A stretch of DNA of 64,000 bases from Moniliella sp. 'wahieum' (lineage: Eukaryota), in assembly GCA_003971905.1 (NCBI GenBank), contig RSEE01000022.1, positions 434,001 to 498,000 on the forward strand, in the 5' to 3' direction. The notes beneath the pieces were generated by a model that was not told the origin of the DNA, made no database searches, and saw nothing but the letters and a program-made list of their open reading frames with translations. Below, in pieces: positions 23,574 to 35,328 of this stretch; position 1 is the first letter of the stretch, and every line of letters begins with the position of its first letter. The translations under genes were made by a program, and so were the position numbers.

Positions 23574-26500
23574 ATGCCCGCTGGCCAGGGTCCTTCCAGC
23601 AACCCCTGGCGGCGCTCCACGGAACCAGGTTATCATCATGCCTCGTACCTGCCCCCCCCGTCCCACGCACCTGGCACTTCCTACTCTGTGCATGGGCCTC
23701 CCCACTATGGACACACCGAACACACGCACCCCACGCTTCTTCCTATACTACGCATGCCCTGCATCTCCAGCATCCGTATGCCATGGCGCCCGACCACCAC
23801 CACCACCGGCAACCGGCCATTGGGACCAGAGCATGTATCCCACGCCACCCACCCCGACCTCCTAACCGCTCGTCCTACGCACCAGCCGCTAGTAGCCATC
23901 GCCATGCGCTTCCTCCAGCTGCCTCACTCTCTGCTTCTGGTCGGTACCAGCGCCCAGTAGCGGCGTCGTCATCAACTCCTTCTGTATCCACACACCCGTC
24001 CCTCCCTCCACGTCATCAGGTGCATTGCCCCGACGTGCTCTCTCGCCTCCAGCGCCTTTGAACCCTGCAAGCCAATCAGATTACTTCAGTCAACCAGCCG
24101 ATCCAGCCAGGACCACACGTCCAGCTACACGCTCTTTAGATCAGCCACCACCCCATGAACGGAAGGAGAGAGACGCAAACGACAGCGTGAGCCCGATATA
24201 CATCAGCCACCCCGGAGAGTAGTACGGCCAAAGACCCTCCGCGCAGCCGCTTGCAATTCAGCTGTGCGTACCCTTTGCAACCGAGAGAGGGAATCAAGCT
24301 AACCGATGCAAAGGCACCGAGTGTCATCGCCGTAAGCAGAAATGCAACCGAGAGCTGCCATGCAACCACTGCACGGCGCGCAAGGTGCCGGAGCTTTGCC
24401 GCTCGTTCCAGCCGGGTGATGATACTCAAGACCTGACTGCCCGGGTTGCTAAGCTCGAGAGTCTGTGCGAGTATCTTCCGTCTATGTCCGAAGTGTTGCA
24501 GCAACTTTCGTCCAAGCAGATAAAGCGGAGGTAGTCTTGCAGACCCTCCTCCGCAGTGCAACGAGGGCGTGGTCTCCGGAGCCGATGAGTCCCAAGTCGT
24601 CCCTCGGACGTCCCTTCATTCCTCATCCGAGCGGACGAGGATTTTCCCGTGAAGAACATGGACCACAAGACTGGAAAGTATTCCTCTTCCGGGGCGATGG
24701 CGGTGCCACTCCACAAACTTCTGGACACCATTGGTGATGCGACGGCGGGAAGAAAGGTTCCCTGGAACCTCTGGAGAGATCCAAGAGAGGACGAGGTGGG
24801 TGATGTGCTGGGCGTCCTATGCATCGTCTCGTGGGTGACTACTCGGAAGGGGGAGGAGATAATCTGATTGCTGCCTTACTTCGAGTTCGGTGTAACGGCG
24901 GAGGAGGTCAAGGCATTGCATGATTGCTTTCCGAGCGAACGTTTCGCCCGTCATCTGGTCCATTTCTTTTTCTATGAGGTCAACTGGATGCGTGTGCCCC
25001 TCCCTCAAAAGTACATCATGGCGCAGTGGGAGCCATTCTGGGACCAAGGCATCCTCACAGTTAACAACATTAATGCGGCCGCCCTGCTCCTTGTCACATG
25101 CGCTGTTTCCATCCTGTCCTGCCCTCTGAGCGAGCTAGACCGGTCGGAATTGCAGTCCTCCATTCATTTGAGCAGAGGGGAAAAGTCGCGGATGTTGGCG
25201 GCACGAAAACTTAACTACACAGCTCTCCGGTTGCTCGTGTTATCGGATCTTCTGGGGCTGGGCGAGGACATGCCAAGAGTTATGGCCTTCATCCAGATTG
25301 CCCGTTTCACCTTTTTGGATGGCAAGTTAGACGAAGCTCACGCTAGCTGGCCCGCGGCGTGCGTACCTCCTTCGCTCTGGGACTGCATCGCGATGGAACC
25401 CGTCTCGGGTTCGATGCGGTCGACACACAGCTACGCAGGGTGGTCTGGGCTATCCTCCGGACGTTTGACAAGGCGATCGCTTTTATCATCGGTCGGCCAT
25501 CCGCCATTATTGATGCCACTTGTGACACCAAGCCGCCTGATGATGTGGCATGGCAAGAAGAGTGGCCGTACTTAGCCGGTCAGCGTCCTAGCTTGTCTCC
25601 GGTGAGGTGGAACAACCAGCCCATTCCTCCACCCAGTGTGCCACGTCCCACCTGCTTGGCCTATGCCTCCCTCCTTAACAAACTCGGTGACTTCTACCAC
25701 GAGATGATTGAGCTCAATCAGACGGTCGGACCCGAGATATCGATGCGGACCTTTGGGAATACAGTCCATAAGATGGACACCAAAATGCTTTCATTCCGGG
25801 ACTCTCTCCCGTCCTACTTTCAAGTCACCACGGCTACCTTCACGACCGAAACCAGTGTGTGGGAGCAACCGCTGGACAACGAGCTCCCCTTCTTGCCCAC
25901 TCAACGCTTCGTCCTGCAAGCGGAAATCCACATCTTCCGCCTTGCTCTGTATCGCACTTATCTCCTCCGCGTTCTCGCCCATCGCCCGAGTCGCATGTCC
26001 AAGCTCTATCCCTCCACACGGGCCAGTTGTGCCCGCATCGCTTTGGCCGATATTGCGAACAGGTCACACTTTATTCTTGGCCTTAATGCGGCCTTTGCAC
26101 CTCGTCGACCACCTGTCATGTACAGCTTCCAACTGGCGCTTGTAAGCCCGTTCTACGCTCACATCACTGCCGCCATGGTGCTGCTTCTGGAAGCGTCCCA
26201 GTCCACTGATGGAGTGTCCTTTGCTGATTCAAGCCTCTCCTCCGACCCGCCCACCCAAGGGGAGGAGGTTTCTGACTTTGATGTCTATCGATTGCTCTAC
26301 CAACACTTAAGCCGATATGTGCGGCAGGCGGCCCCACGGGGCTCACATGCTGCATCTGTCAGCTCGGGATCTGTCTCGGCTGGCACCGAAGCGGATGGGC
26401 GAGAACGCGAGAATGAAGTACTCACTCTCTTTCTTGCAAGGATCGCTCGACTGCGATCTACATACCTTCGCCGTTCGCGCACCTCCCCCGATTTGGACAT

Positions 26501-27226
26501 GAAGAATCAAGAGGAAGAAGAGATTAGAGCCGAGCCGACAAGGCAAGAGACAACAGAAGACCATCCAAACGATTCGGCCTCGCCGCCTCATCCCAAGAAG
26601 ACCCCCCTGGACTTACAGAATGGCATCTTCCCTGCTGGCCCCGGGAGCGACGATCTCGATCAAGACCTCCTCTCCACATGGGCGCACGCTGCTTCGTCGC
26701 TCGGATTGAATCAGACGGCTAATGGGGTTCGGTCTTGGGAAAATAAAAGCGCCCCATACGACCAGGGCTTCCCCGTCATTCACCCGGCCATCTTTTCTGA
26801 CCACCCCTTGTCCCAGCAGGGCTTCGACCTTTTTGAGAAAGAATATCACTCGTCTTGGGAACCAGATCCTATCTACCCTCTTAGTGGGACAGGGGCCGTG
26901 GCTCCGCCTCCGGAAGAACCTACCGCAGTTCCTGTCCAGGGGCCCTTCGCATCCACCCCATGGAGTTTCCCTTCTCACATCAATGCTCCCGTTGTTGTTT
27001 TGACACTTCCAATGCCCCGTCTGCCCCACCTCTGACCGCGCCATCATCTGTTCCAGCCGGGGCTGCGTGGCGGGAGACGGAGCCGCTAGAGGATACGAGC
27101 AGAATGCAAGACTTGCTGGTTCCTGGCGATGCATTGGGCGAACTATCCAAGGGGTTTATGCCCCGCACTCATTATTGGCATGCTTTCATTGACAAGATTG
27201 CCCACGTCGACCCCTCGCCCCCCTAA
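23574..27226 (+). CDS. Zn(II)2Cys6 fungal transcription factor with fungal-specific TF (middle homology) domain
   Basis: Removing intron 24264-24313 (GTGCGT..GCTAAC..AAG) gives RLQFSCTECHRRKQKCNRELPCNHCTARKVPELC. Downstream HFFFYEVNW and ALGLHRDG..LRRVVW. Frameshifts; start inferred. Confidence 0.9.
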
Positions 27227-27339
27227 GTATTTTTGTCATGCATCAAAACGTGTCCCGTTTTCGCACCGTCTGGCCGCCCCCTGGCTAATGCAGCTAGTCT
27301 CTGATGTAGCAAGAGCGACTGACATGAGGCCGATGTAAT

Positions 27340-27998
27340 CTATTCCCCTTGAAACAAGAGCGAGAGACCGAGCACACCAAAGAGTGCTACCTTCAGCTTG
27401 GGATAGTCGTTGAGGACAATGGTGACATAGCCCACATAAGGGAGGTACCTGCAAACAGTTAGCTTTCGCCAGTGTCCGGAATCCCAAGAAGAGGAGGAGA
27501 GACAAACCCTTGGACTTTGCCCACAATGTCATCCTGATGTAGCCACAGGGGGCCTCCATACAACCCGACATCGTCCTGCTCGTTATTGTCGCCCTTGGTG
27601 AGGATGCGTTGGTCGGTCGTACCTTGGCTGCGGAGGGGTGGGGATGGGGGGTCAGTGGAGTCGCAGGCACCGGCAGGAACGCACATATCGTGGACCTCCA
27701 GGACACGGTGGACAATCGGCGTGGCCTGTCCGTTGGATCCGGGAACATTGTAAACGGTGATGTCTCCGATCTGGTAGGGCGTGTTGGGGCGAGAGAGGAA
27801 GAGGAGGTCGCCGCGCTGAAAGCCAGGCTCCATGCTGCCCGATAAGACCACCACAACGGGCGTCTCTGTATCTGCGACGAGCGCCAGTGCCTTCCACATA
27901 CACAGCGCGGACGTGAGTACGCTGAGGATTGCCAGTCCCTGCACCAGCAGGGCACGCAGCCCCATCCGTCGCAATGTCGCCAGCTCCGAGGCAAACAT
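27340..27998 (-). CDS. SEC11: Signal peptidase complex catalytic subunit
   Basis: [71 protein letters not shown]. Two introns (GTGCGT..CAG at ~27629-27684; GTTTGT..GCTAAC..CAG at ~27449-27507). Confidence 0.96.
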
Positions 27999-28170
27999 GG
28001 CCGGCTGGGATGCGGATGGAAGCCTGCCAGATGGGCAGCCGTCGGCTAGGTGGAGGCGCGGGCGAGCGGGGTAGAGGCCTCCTTCGGCCACGTCACATAT
28101 CGGTGCAAATGAGACACGGGGTCTGGTGCCGAACCCTACCTGTGGAGCACCACCTGATGTACCTATCAAT

Positions 28171-28528
28171 ATGCCTGTAGTGCTCGCCCAGCGCCGAGAT
28201 ACCGCCACAGACCCCTTCTCATACACCACCGTCTGAACCCGCTGACATACACACTCGGCCGTCACTGCCACTACCGCTTCCGCTTCCCCCAATGTGCCCT
28301 CGTCCTTCCTCTGGACTTGGTGTGGATCTAATACGCCCGGCGCAGCGCCGCGCTGCTTGCACAAAAGGGGCTGTCTTCCTCGTCCCTCTTTCCCACGATA
28401 TGCACTGTGGACTATGCGTGCTGGCAACTTAATCCACCCTGTTCCCCATGAAGGCGGTCTGAAAGGCCCTGCAGAAGCATCCCAATGTTGCGGACAAGGT
28501 GAACCATCCAATTGGATTCCAGGACTGA
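28171..28528 (+). CDS. Possible small protein divergent from SEC11 (unrecognised)
   Basis: ATG 28171, possible degraded intron with GCTGAC branch at 28241, then protein-like frames AVTATTASASPNVPSSFLW..KGAVFLVPL..AGNLIHPVPHEGGL..KALQKHPNVADKVNHPIGFQD*. Needs assumed frameshifts. Confidence 0.28.
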
Positions 28529-29424
28529 GCTGGAAAGATTCTCCCAGAACCTCAAACGCTCAGCGCTCACCACCTCCTGACTTGCCTGAGACAAGTATAC
28601 ATTCGCCCTGTTTCGCTCTCTACTGTTGATTTGAGGCTGAGGGCGCTGAGATCTGAAGGTGTGCAGATGCCACGCCTATTAGAGTAGCGAACCAACAGGC
28701 TTGTGAAAGTCGTGTCGGCTATCGAATACCTGGAACAAACAGTTTGCGTTTCCTCCGTCTCACTAATACTAGGAGAAAGACCAAGACCTTCTTGTTGACT
28801 ATTAGTCACTCAGTCTCACTATTAGAACCGCCACAGGGGACGCACAGCTCCGAGTACTAAGTACTAAGCCCTGTCTTTGGTTGATATGGCTGTGCATAAG
28901 TCTGAGACGCAGAAACACGGGCGCGTCTCCCACATATAGGAGAGTCGAGGAGCGAATGCGGCTTAGGCTGGCCCAGTAGCGAGTGCCAACTATTGTCTGG
29001 AGCGTCACATGCGTCACAGCCTCAAGCGAGAAGCACGCGCACAGGCTTCCCGCTTCTCACCAGTTGCTAGTTACTATTTACACCGGCACTCATCACACGC
29101 GTCTTGCGCCGTGCTGGGCGACGCGAATTTCTCCCAGCATAATCCATCCCTCGTCAGCGCGTCAGCGTCACCGCCAGCCCTCTCTTCCGGGTATGTATGA
29201 GCACACTATATAACAAACCTATGACTGCCTATACACAACGTCCACGACTCCGCCTGGGACCGTGGGTTTTGGATAAAACATCCCTAGGCCGAATGCTGTG
29301 ACAGATCCTGCGCCTTGGGCACACAAAAATGGGATATTGCGATGTTCGAGCGCCTTCCTACTAAGGACTGTTGATGGCATGCTCCGTGTTGTATCAATCC
29401 CACCAGTCCGTAAGCAAAAACGTA

Positions 29425-29512
29425 TGGACGAATAGGGAATCGAACCCCAGACCTCACACATGTTCGCAACAAAGATGCGAAGCGTGCGCTCTACCAACTG
29501 AGCTATCCGCCC
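29425..29512 (-). tRNA. tRNA-Ala(CGC) with 15-nt intron
   Basis: GGGCGGA/TTCGTCC acceptor with G3:U70, TAGCTCAGTTGGTAGAGC D-arm, anticodon CGC, intron after position 37, GTTCGATTC T-loop, downstream T-run. Confidence 0.95.
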
Positions 29513-30940
29513 TACTTGCGCATTTGCTATCTGACGTTTACTCATACAACATTGTATTAAAAAACGAGCATCATTATTAACCAACGCGTTTTCACTTGCG
29601 CCCCCTTTGGAGGTCGAGGTGGATCGACGCTCTCGTATGAAAGTACTCCCAAACCCGCGAGTGTCCAGCTGAGCGAGATCACTGGTCACTTCTCAGCATG
29701 AGAAGATAAGGAGTCCCATTTGTCCCGCAGTAATGGAGCACGATAATAGAGAGGGAAGATGAGGGCGGAAAACAGATATACCGCAGCGGTGGTTTACGGA
29801 TAGGGGAAGTAATATTCGAGGGAGGCATATGCACCAGAAGTGGCTGAAGATGGTGCCCAGTACATCCTTACACGATCGTTTTACCTGCGAAGGTTGAAGG
29901 GCATCGAGCCAACGCCTAAGTCTCGAAAAACATGGGTTGGGACAACTCCCTTGCTTTTCATAATCTTCTCGGTGAACAGTGTGGTGCAAAGGCGAAGAAG
30001 AGACTATAGCCGACGTGCAATGAGGCGCAATCATATATGTGACCTCCTGCTTCACTGGCTGGGAAATCCATTAGGGAGCTGATCACGAGCACAGGGGTGA
30101 CCGGCCGGTTGACGACATTTCGAGTGGAAAGTGGGGTGTGAGGAGAGAAGGAAAGAGCAGAGGACAAGCAAATACAGAGAATAGCCCAAAAGAAAGCGTA
30201 AGCGGGATGTTCAAACATCAACAACACGTATATTAATACACAGAGAGTTTGTTGTCTCTAGGTAATTGGATCACAATAACTACTCTTGTTTTCCTTCATG
30301 ATGCATGACCCAAAAGTGCATATTTGGCTATATGCTTAGTACTTTTTGGCTCTCGCTCGTATCCCCCACCTCTTACACCTACATATCTCTGTGTCAGGGT
30401 AATGTTTGTGTTGCGTTGCAGTGTTCCACAACAAACATAACTTTGTTTTTAATAGCAGTATAGTAGGCGAACTGTGGGACAGTATATTGATGGGGGAAAA
30501 AAGGCATCGTTGCGCTCACTAAGTACTAAAGAGTACCATTAGCTTTTGTGGTGTCACAAGTAATACGTGTGAGTCCAAGATTCTACGAGGGTAATAAGGC
30601 CTAAGGGTCAAAAGGGACCGAAGGCGAGAAATCAAATGGAATGCTTAACCAAAACGTACCAAAAGCATCATCCTCGGCGAGTTAATAAGCCGGTGATACC
30701 TATACGAGAGTGTTTTGTTTTGAGACCCCGAAAGCGATGAATCATCCACCTTAGTACGTATTCACCTTGCCTAGAGGTGATGGGGGTGGCAGTGAGGAGT
30801 AGATTGGCTGTGTTAAGTAGGGAGCTATTTCTCACGGATGGATTTCCTTTTCAGTCGGCTTGTTGTTCTAATGTATCTATTATTTAAATTTTCATTAGGG
30901 TATACATATAAAACACTGCTTCGTTGCACCGTGAACCGTA

Positions 30941-31047
30941 GACACTTTAGGGCAGTGGTTACCCCGTTCGCCTGCTATGTGTAGCACCTTGCTCCAAGGG
31001 CCAGCGAATCCTCTTTGAGGGCGTGAGTTCGAATCTCACAGGTGTCG
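30941..31047 (+). tRNA. tRNA-Ser(GCT) with 25-nt intron
   Basis: GACACTT/AGGTGTC acceptor, TTCGC-CTGCTA..A-GCGAA anticodon arm, long variable arm CCTC-TTT-GAGG, GTTCGAATC T-loop, G discriminator, TTTTT terminator. Confidence 0.94.
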
Positions 31048-32446
31048 TTCTTTTTGGTCCAGCTCAGGCCGTTCTTCCTCTTGGGATGAAGTATTGATTG
31101 TTCACTCTGAACAGCGAAATGTTGAGGCCAAAGAATCTACATGAAAAGGGGCTCGTTGAAGCTTGGCTCGGGAGCGTGCACAGCCTAGTTTTGTCGGTGT
31201 GGGTATATGGCAGTGTGACCGTTTGACAGATAGACGAGCCACTGTTGGTGTGGTTTTTGATTCTTCGGCGGTGCATGTGGATTATCCAAACCAGCGATAC
31301 AACATCAGACCCTACGGTCGGCGATCAGGCGGAGAGATGGCCGTGGTGACCTTAAGGGCAACAGGTGTCAGCATGCCAGCGTCCTCAGACTGAAGCTCCC
31401 ATTGAAGAGAGGAACAAGAGAGGGAGTATATTGACGGAGGACGCGGGACGTGGCTGTGTATCCGTTGCTCATAACTGACGGTTACCGGTTTTACTCTCCA
31501 ACACATTATTGCACATGATCGACATATGACCATGAGATCCGACACGAAGGTGAACTTCACCTCCACGTTGTTTAACACTACTTTGGTATGATTACTTCCT
31601 ATAGAACTTGCTGGTGCTTTTCCTAATAGTTTCCACATTTGGCGGTTCCGCCAGGCAATGAATGATCTTAATGGTTGATCTGAACGATCTGAGATCTGAT
31701 CTCTGATCTGACAATCGTATTCACGATGATGAGCTTCACGCTTTAAGCTGGAGGCCTTGAAGCTGGAGGCCTTGAAGCTTGAAGCTCGAGGAAGCCTGAA
31801 GCCCTGAGGTGACTAGTGACTACTAAGCAACTTTGTGACTATACTAGTCCCGGAGCTTCAAAAAAGCTTCTTTATCGATTATCCGTTAAGCTTTTTGAGC
31901 ACACGCACAGGTCACCCTGGTCACCGGACTTCTCACCCAGCGATTGTTTGCGGACATGGTGAACACGTTCACTGAATGAGGTGACGTGAACGCGTCGGAA
32001 AGGACACAGCAACATGTGGGATCACATGTGATGGGACGTGGGACGTCGCATGTGACATTGTGACTGGACGCTGGACACTGCCTGCGCTGCCAAGCGCTGT
32101 GCGGGACCAATAAAACGCGAAATTTTATGCACTCGAGAGCATCTTTATTCGGAACGCGAACGCGGATTATACCGGTCGCGGGTATATAATCGCCCCCACA
32201 CCGCTGTAGTAGTCCTTGCTATTTTGTATAGAGAGCTTTTGACGACGCCGATGGTTAATGCGCTCAACCACACTTAGCTCTCCTCCATCCCATCAGCCGC
32301 GTGCCTCCGGCTCACCGACAAGCAGGTTCAGACCTCCGGTTCTATATATGTGTATAGCGCCAACAAGCAACACACGCTGGATAGGCAAATTGGTTTATAG
32401 GTGCATCGTTTCATTGTCTACGGTTTTGGACGTAATTGGAGGCAGC

Positions 32447-32659
32447 TGTCATGGCCCTCTTATTGTTATAGGTAATCCGGTAATCGGCAATCCTTCCTCT
32501 CTCTCCTTCCTTCCTCTCTCCTTCCTTCCTTCCTCTCCTTCCTTCCCTCCTTCCTTCCTTTCCTTCCTATTAGCCATGCCTACTCTCTACCAACGAAGCC
32601 TTTGTCTCCCTGAGTACCTGGTTCTACTCATCTCCCCCCGACCCTTGATACTAACCACA
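32447..32659 (+). mobile_element. Possible old solo LTR containing a (TCCT)-rich pyrimidine tract
   Basis: TGTCA..CCACA bounded ~210-bp segment. Shares short words (CTTATTGT, CCCTTGATA) with the putative LTR at 9758-10295. No TSD. Confidence 0.25.
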
Positions 32660-35140
32660 CGGAGAGAAGTCGTCGCTTTTAGCGCCCAATACCCACCACA
32701 CATCAGTATACACACACTCACCAAACAGTACGACTTTTTACATATGCGCAGGCTCTTCGGGCTATTGATGCATGTATCAGGTAGATCAGGACTTGAGGCT
32801 GTGGCTGCATTCAAAACACCCGATAGGCGGCGCCTGCGGAGGCCTTGAGAGAGGGAGATTGACATATATATATTCAGGCTGGATTGAAAATGCGGTAGCC
32901 CGCGGGTTCGGGCGGCACCTGCGTATATATAAGCGCTCTGTAAACATTTGCTGTGACATGTGACATGCAACACCTGTCGTGTGACCATGTGATGTGACAT
33001 GTGACCTGCAGCTGGTGCTGTGCAGCGACCGGGTACGTATCGGACAGGGGCCCAGATGAGTCCGGTGACCAGGTGAGTACCCAGACTGAGTACACTGAGT
33101 GACTGAGTAGCTGAGTACTGAGAGTGCGGGGAAAACAGGACTCGGTATTCAGTGTGCACACGCGCAAGGTGGTAGGCATTCCTGGGGCAGGGCAGTTGCA
33201 GGGCAGGGCAAAGCAGGCCTGCCACAGGGCTTGTCTTGGCAGACCTGGTTGGGATGGCTCTTGCAACAGCGCGGCCAGGCTTGGGAGGAGGGGGGATGCC
33301 ACGGTAGTTTGCCACCGATGCGTGGGGTGGATCCCAACAAGCAATCGGGATGTGCTGAAAGTATTTAGGAGTGCAACGACCGAGCAGGGCTAGAGAACGG
33401 GTTGGGGTGTCCTATATGTCCAGGGCCCAGCGCCCAACGGCGACCAGCCTGACACTAGTACTCAGACTGAGTACTCAGACTAATAGTACTCAGTGTGCTC
33501 AACAAAACGCTTTGTCGAGCCACTGCGGGTCGCTCGTGTGTTTTGGCCAATCTCCCTTCAGTCCCTCTTCAAGCCCTCAAGTCTAAGAGTTCCTTTGTTT
33601 TCTCGTTTCTGCTTTCCTTATTCCGTGGCCTAGCTCCTGGTGGCGACTGGCTGCTTGATGTTCCTCTGAGAAGTTGGTTGTGACTTTGAACTCCTGATCT
33701 CATCGATCATCGATCATTACCATGCATCACGCTCAACCGCTTCCTTACTCCGTTACACGTCACATGCATCATTTGTTTCATGTTTCATGTCCTATGTCAC
33801 GCGTCACACACCATGCATCATGCATCATGTCAATCGCAGGTTTGATGAAGGGGATCTGAGATCCGAGATCGATCCGAGACCTGGAGTCGTGCTGCGTGAC
33901 GCGTGATGCATGATGGCCCTCCAGCGTGGTGCAATTTTGCACAATAGTGTTGGGGGGTGGTCATGCAATGGTCTAAGCCAACCAACAACAAATACAACAC
34001 TTATACCGTGGGGCACACTAAGCAACCAGTCACTACCAAACCTGGCCTGCCTGACCACCCGCAGAAAGGAAAGACAGAAGTCAGAAAATAGTGGAGCTCC
34101 TAGGCCTGAGGAGGGGCTAAAAGCGCGCTGCTGTTGAAAGGACCATGGTGCCTTCTTGTCCAGCAAACGCAAGACGACAGACCACACTCTGTGACTTAAC
34201 AATGAACACATCATGCCGATCACATGTGTCCTGCGTCCCTTATTGTCCACCGTGTCAGACCAACATGCAACAAGGCCTGGGTGCAGTACATGTTGGACCC
34301 GTATCATATACCAGCGCTATCGGCGCTACTGACGCTCAGCAAAACTCCGAGCCACGAACAGACAACAAAGCGCTAGGCCACAGGGGGCACAGGGACCACC
34401 CTAGGCCACCCTGGATCACCCCAGACTATATACTTTACATAGTGAGTGAGTCTTAGCGTTCAGGCGCTCAGTAAAAGGTTGGCTGTGGGCTAGGGTCACC
34501 GGTCACCGGTCACCGGTCAGGCCCTCAACAGGTGCTGAAACTGGCCTAAGCTCATCCGCATCCTATACGCCAGAGCACGGCTGCTCCCCTTCAGACAACA
34601 GGGCCTCATCCATTGACATTGAATATTGACTGTCCGCAACCACCGGCTTGATTCGCTATAGGCGCTGTGACCGTGACGCGTGACGCCCGATGCATGACAT
34701 ATGACCCCAATGGCCCTTTCTGACGCGTATAGTCTATGGCCTAGGCGCCGGTGGCCCCGGCCGACGCCCATGGTGAGTGGACGAGGTCGAGTGGGGTATT
34801 GGGATCCAAGATCGATCTGAGAGGCAATCGAAATGATTAACGACCCCTGGAGGTTGGGGGGGGGGCTAGGCCTGAATCTCTGGCCCCACGCGTGACCGTC
34901 ACGTTCAGCTTTATAGGCTTTAGGCCCCTTAAGCCTTAGACCCCTTAGACGCCTTGGGTCTTAGGCTCCTGGATCGTGAATTGCGTGGCAGGGGAGGGTA
35001 GCACAGGCGCGTGCAGTGGCAGGTTTAAGCACGTCCGCGTGTTGAGTGCATTGATTATTGAGCACCAAGCACCGCATGTGTTGGGTACTGAGTTTTTCCT
35101 CGGTGGACCCGGGCGCGTACGAAGGACAGGGGTGCGGCCG

Positions 35141-35319
35141 TGTAACAGTCGGGGCTAAACGAGGGAGACCAAGGTCCTGTCAGAGGCGGGGGGAAAGGCA
35201 AGATCGTTCGTGGGAGGAAACAGAAGGCATCAGGCAGAGAACAGAAGCAAAAGGGAAGGGAAGAGCGAGAGACACAGGATGCGGAATTGGAAATTGGAGC
35301 GAGCTTAGTCATTCGGACA
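35141..35319 (-). repeat. 3' LTR of the chromovirus
   Basis: Direct repeat of 40650-40828. Confidence 0.97.
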
Positions 35320-35328
35320 TTGCCCCTT

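Noticed and set aside
27999..28511. N-terminal extension of Sec11 in the 350-aa ORF
   Set aside because: Homology begins at MFASEL (27998); the upstream part is an incidental open frame.
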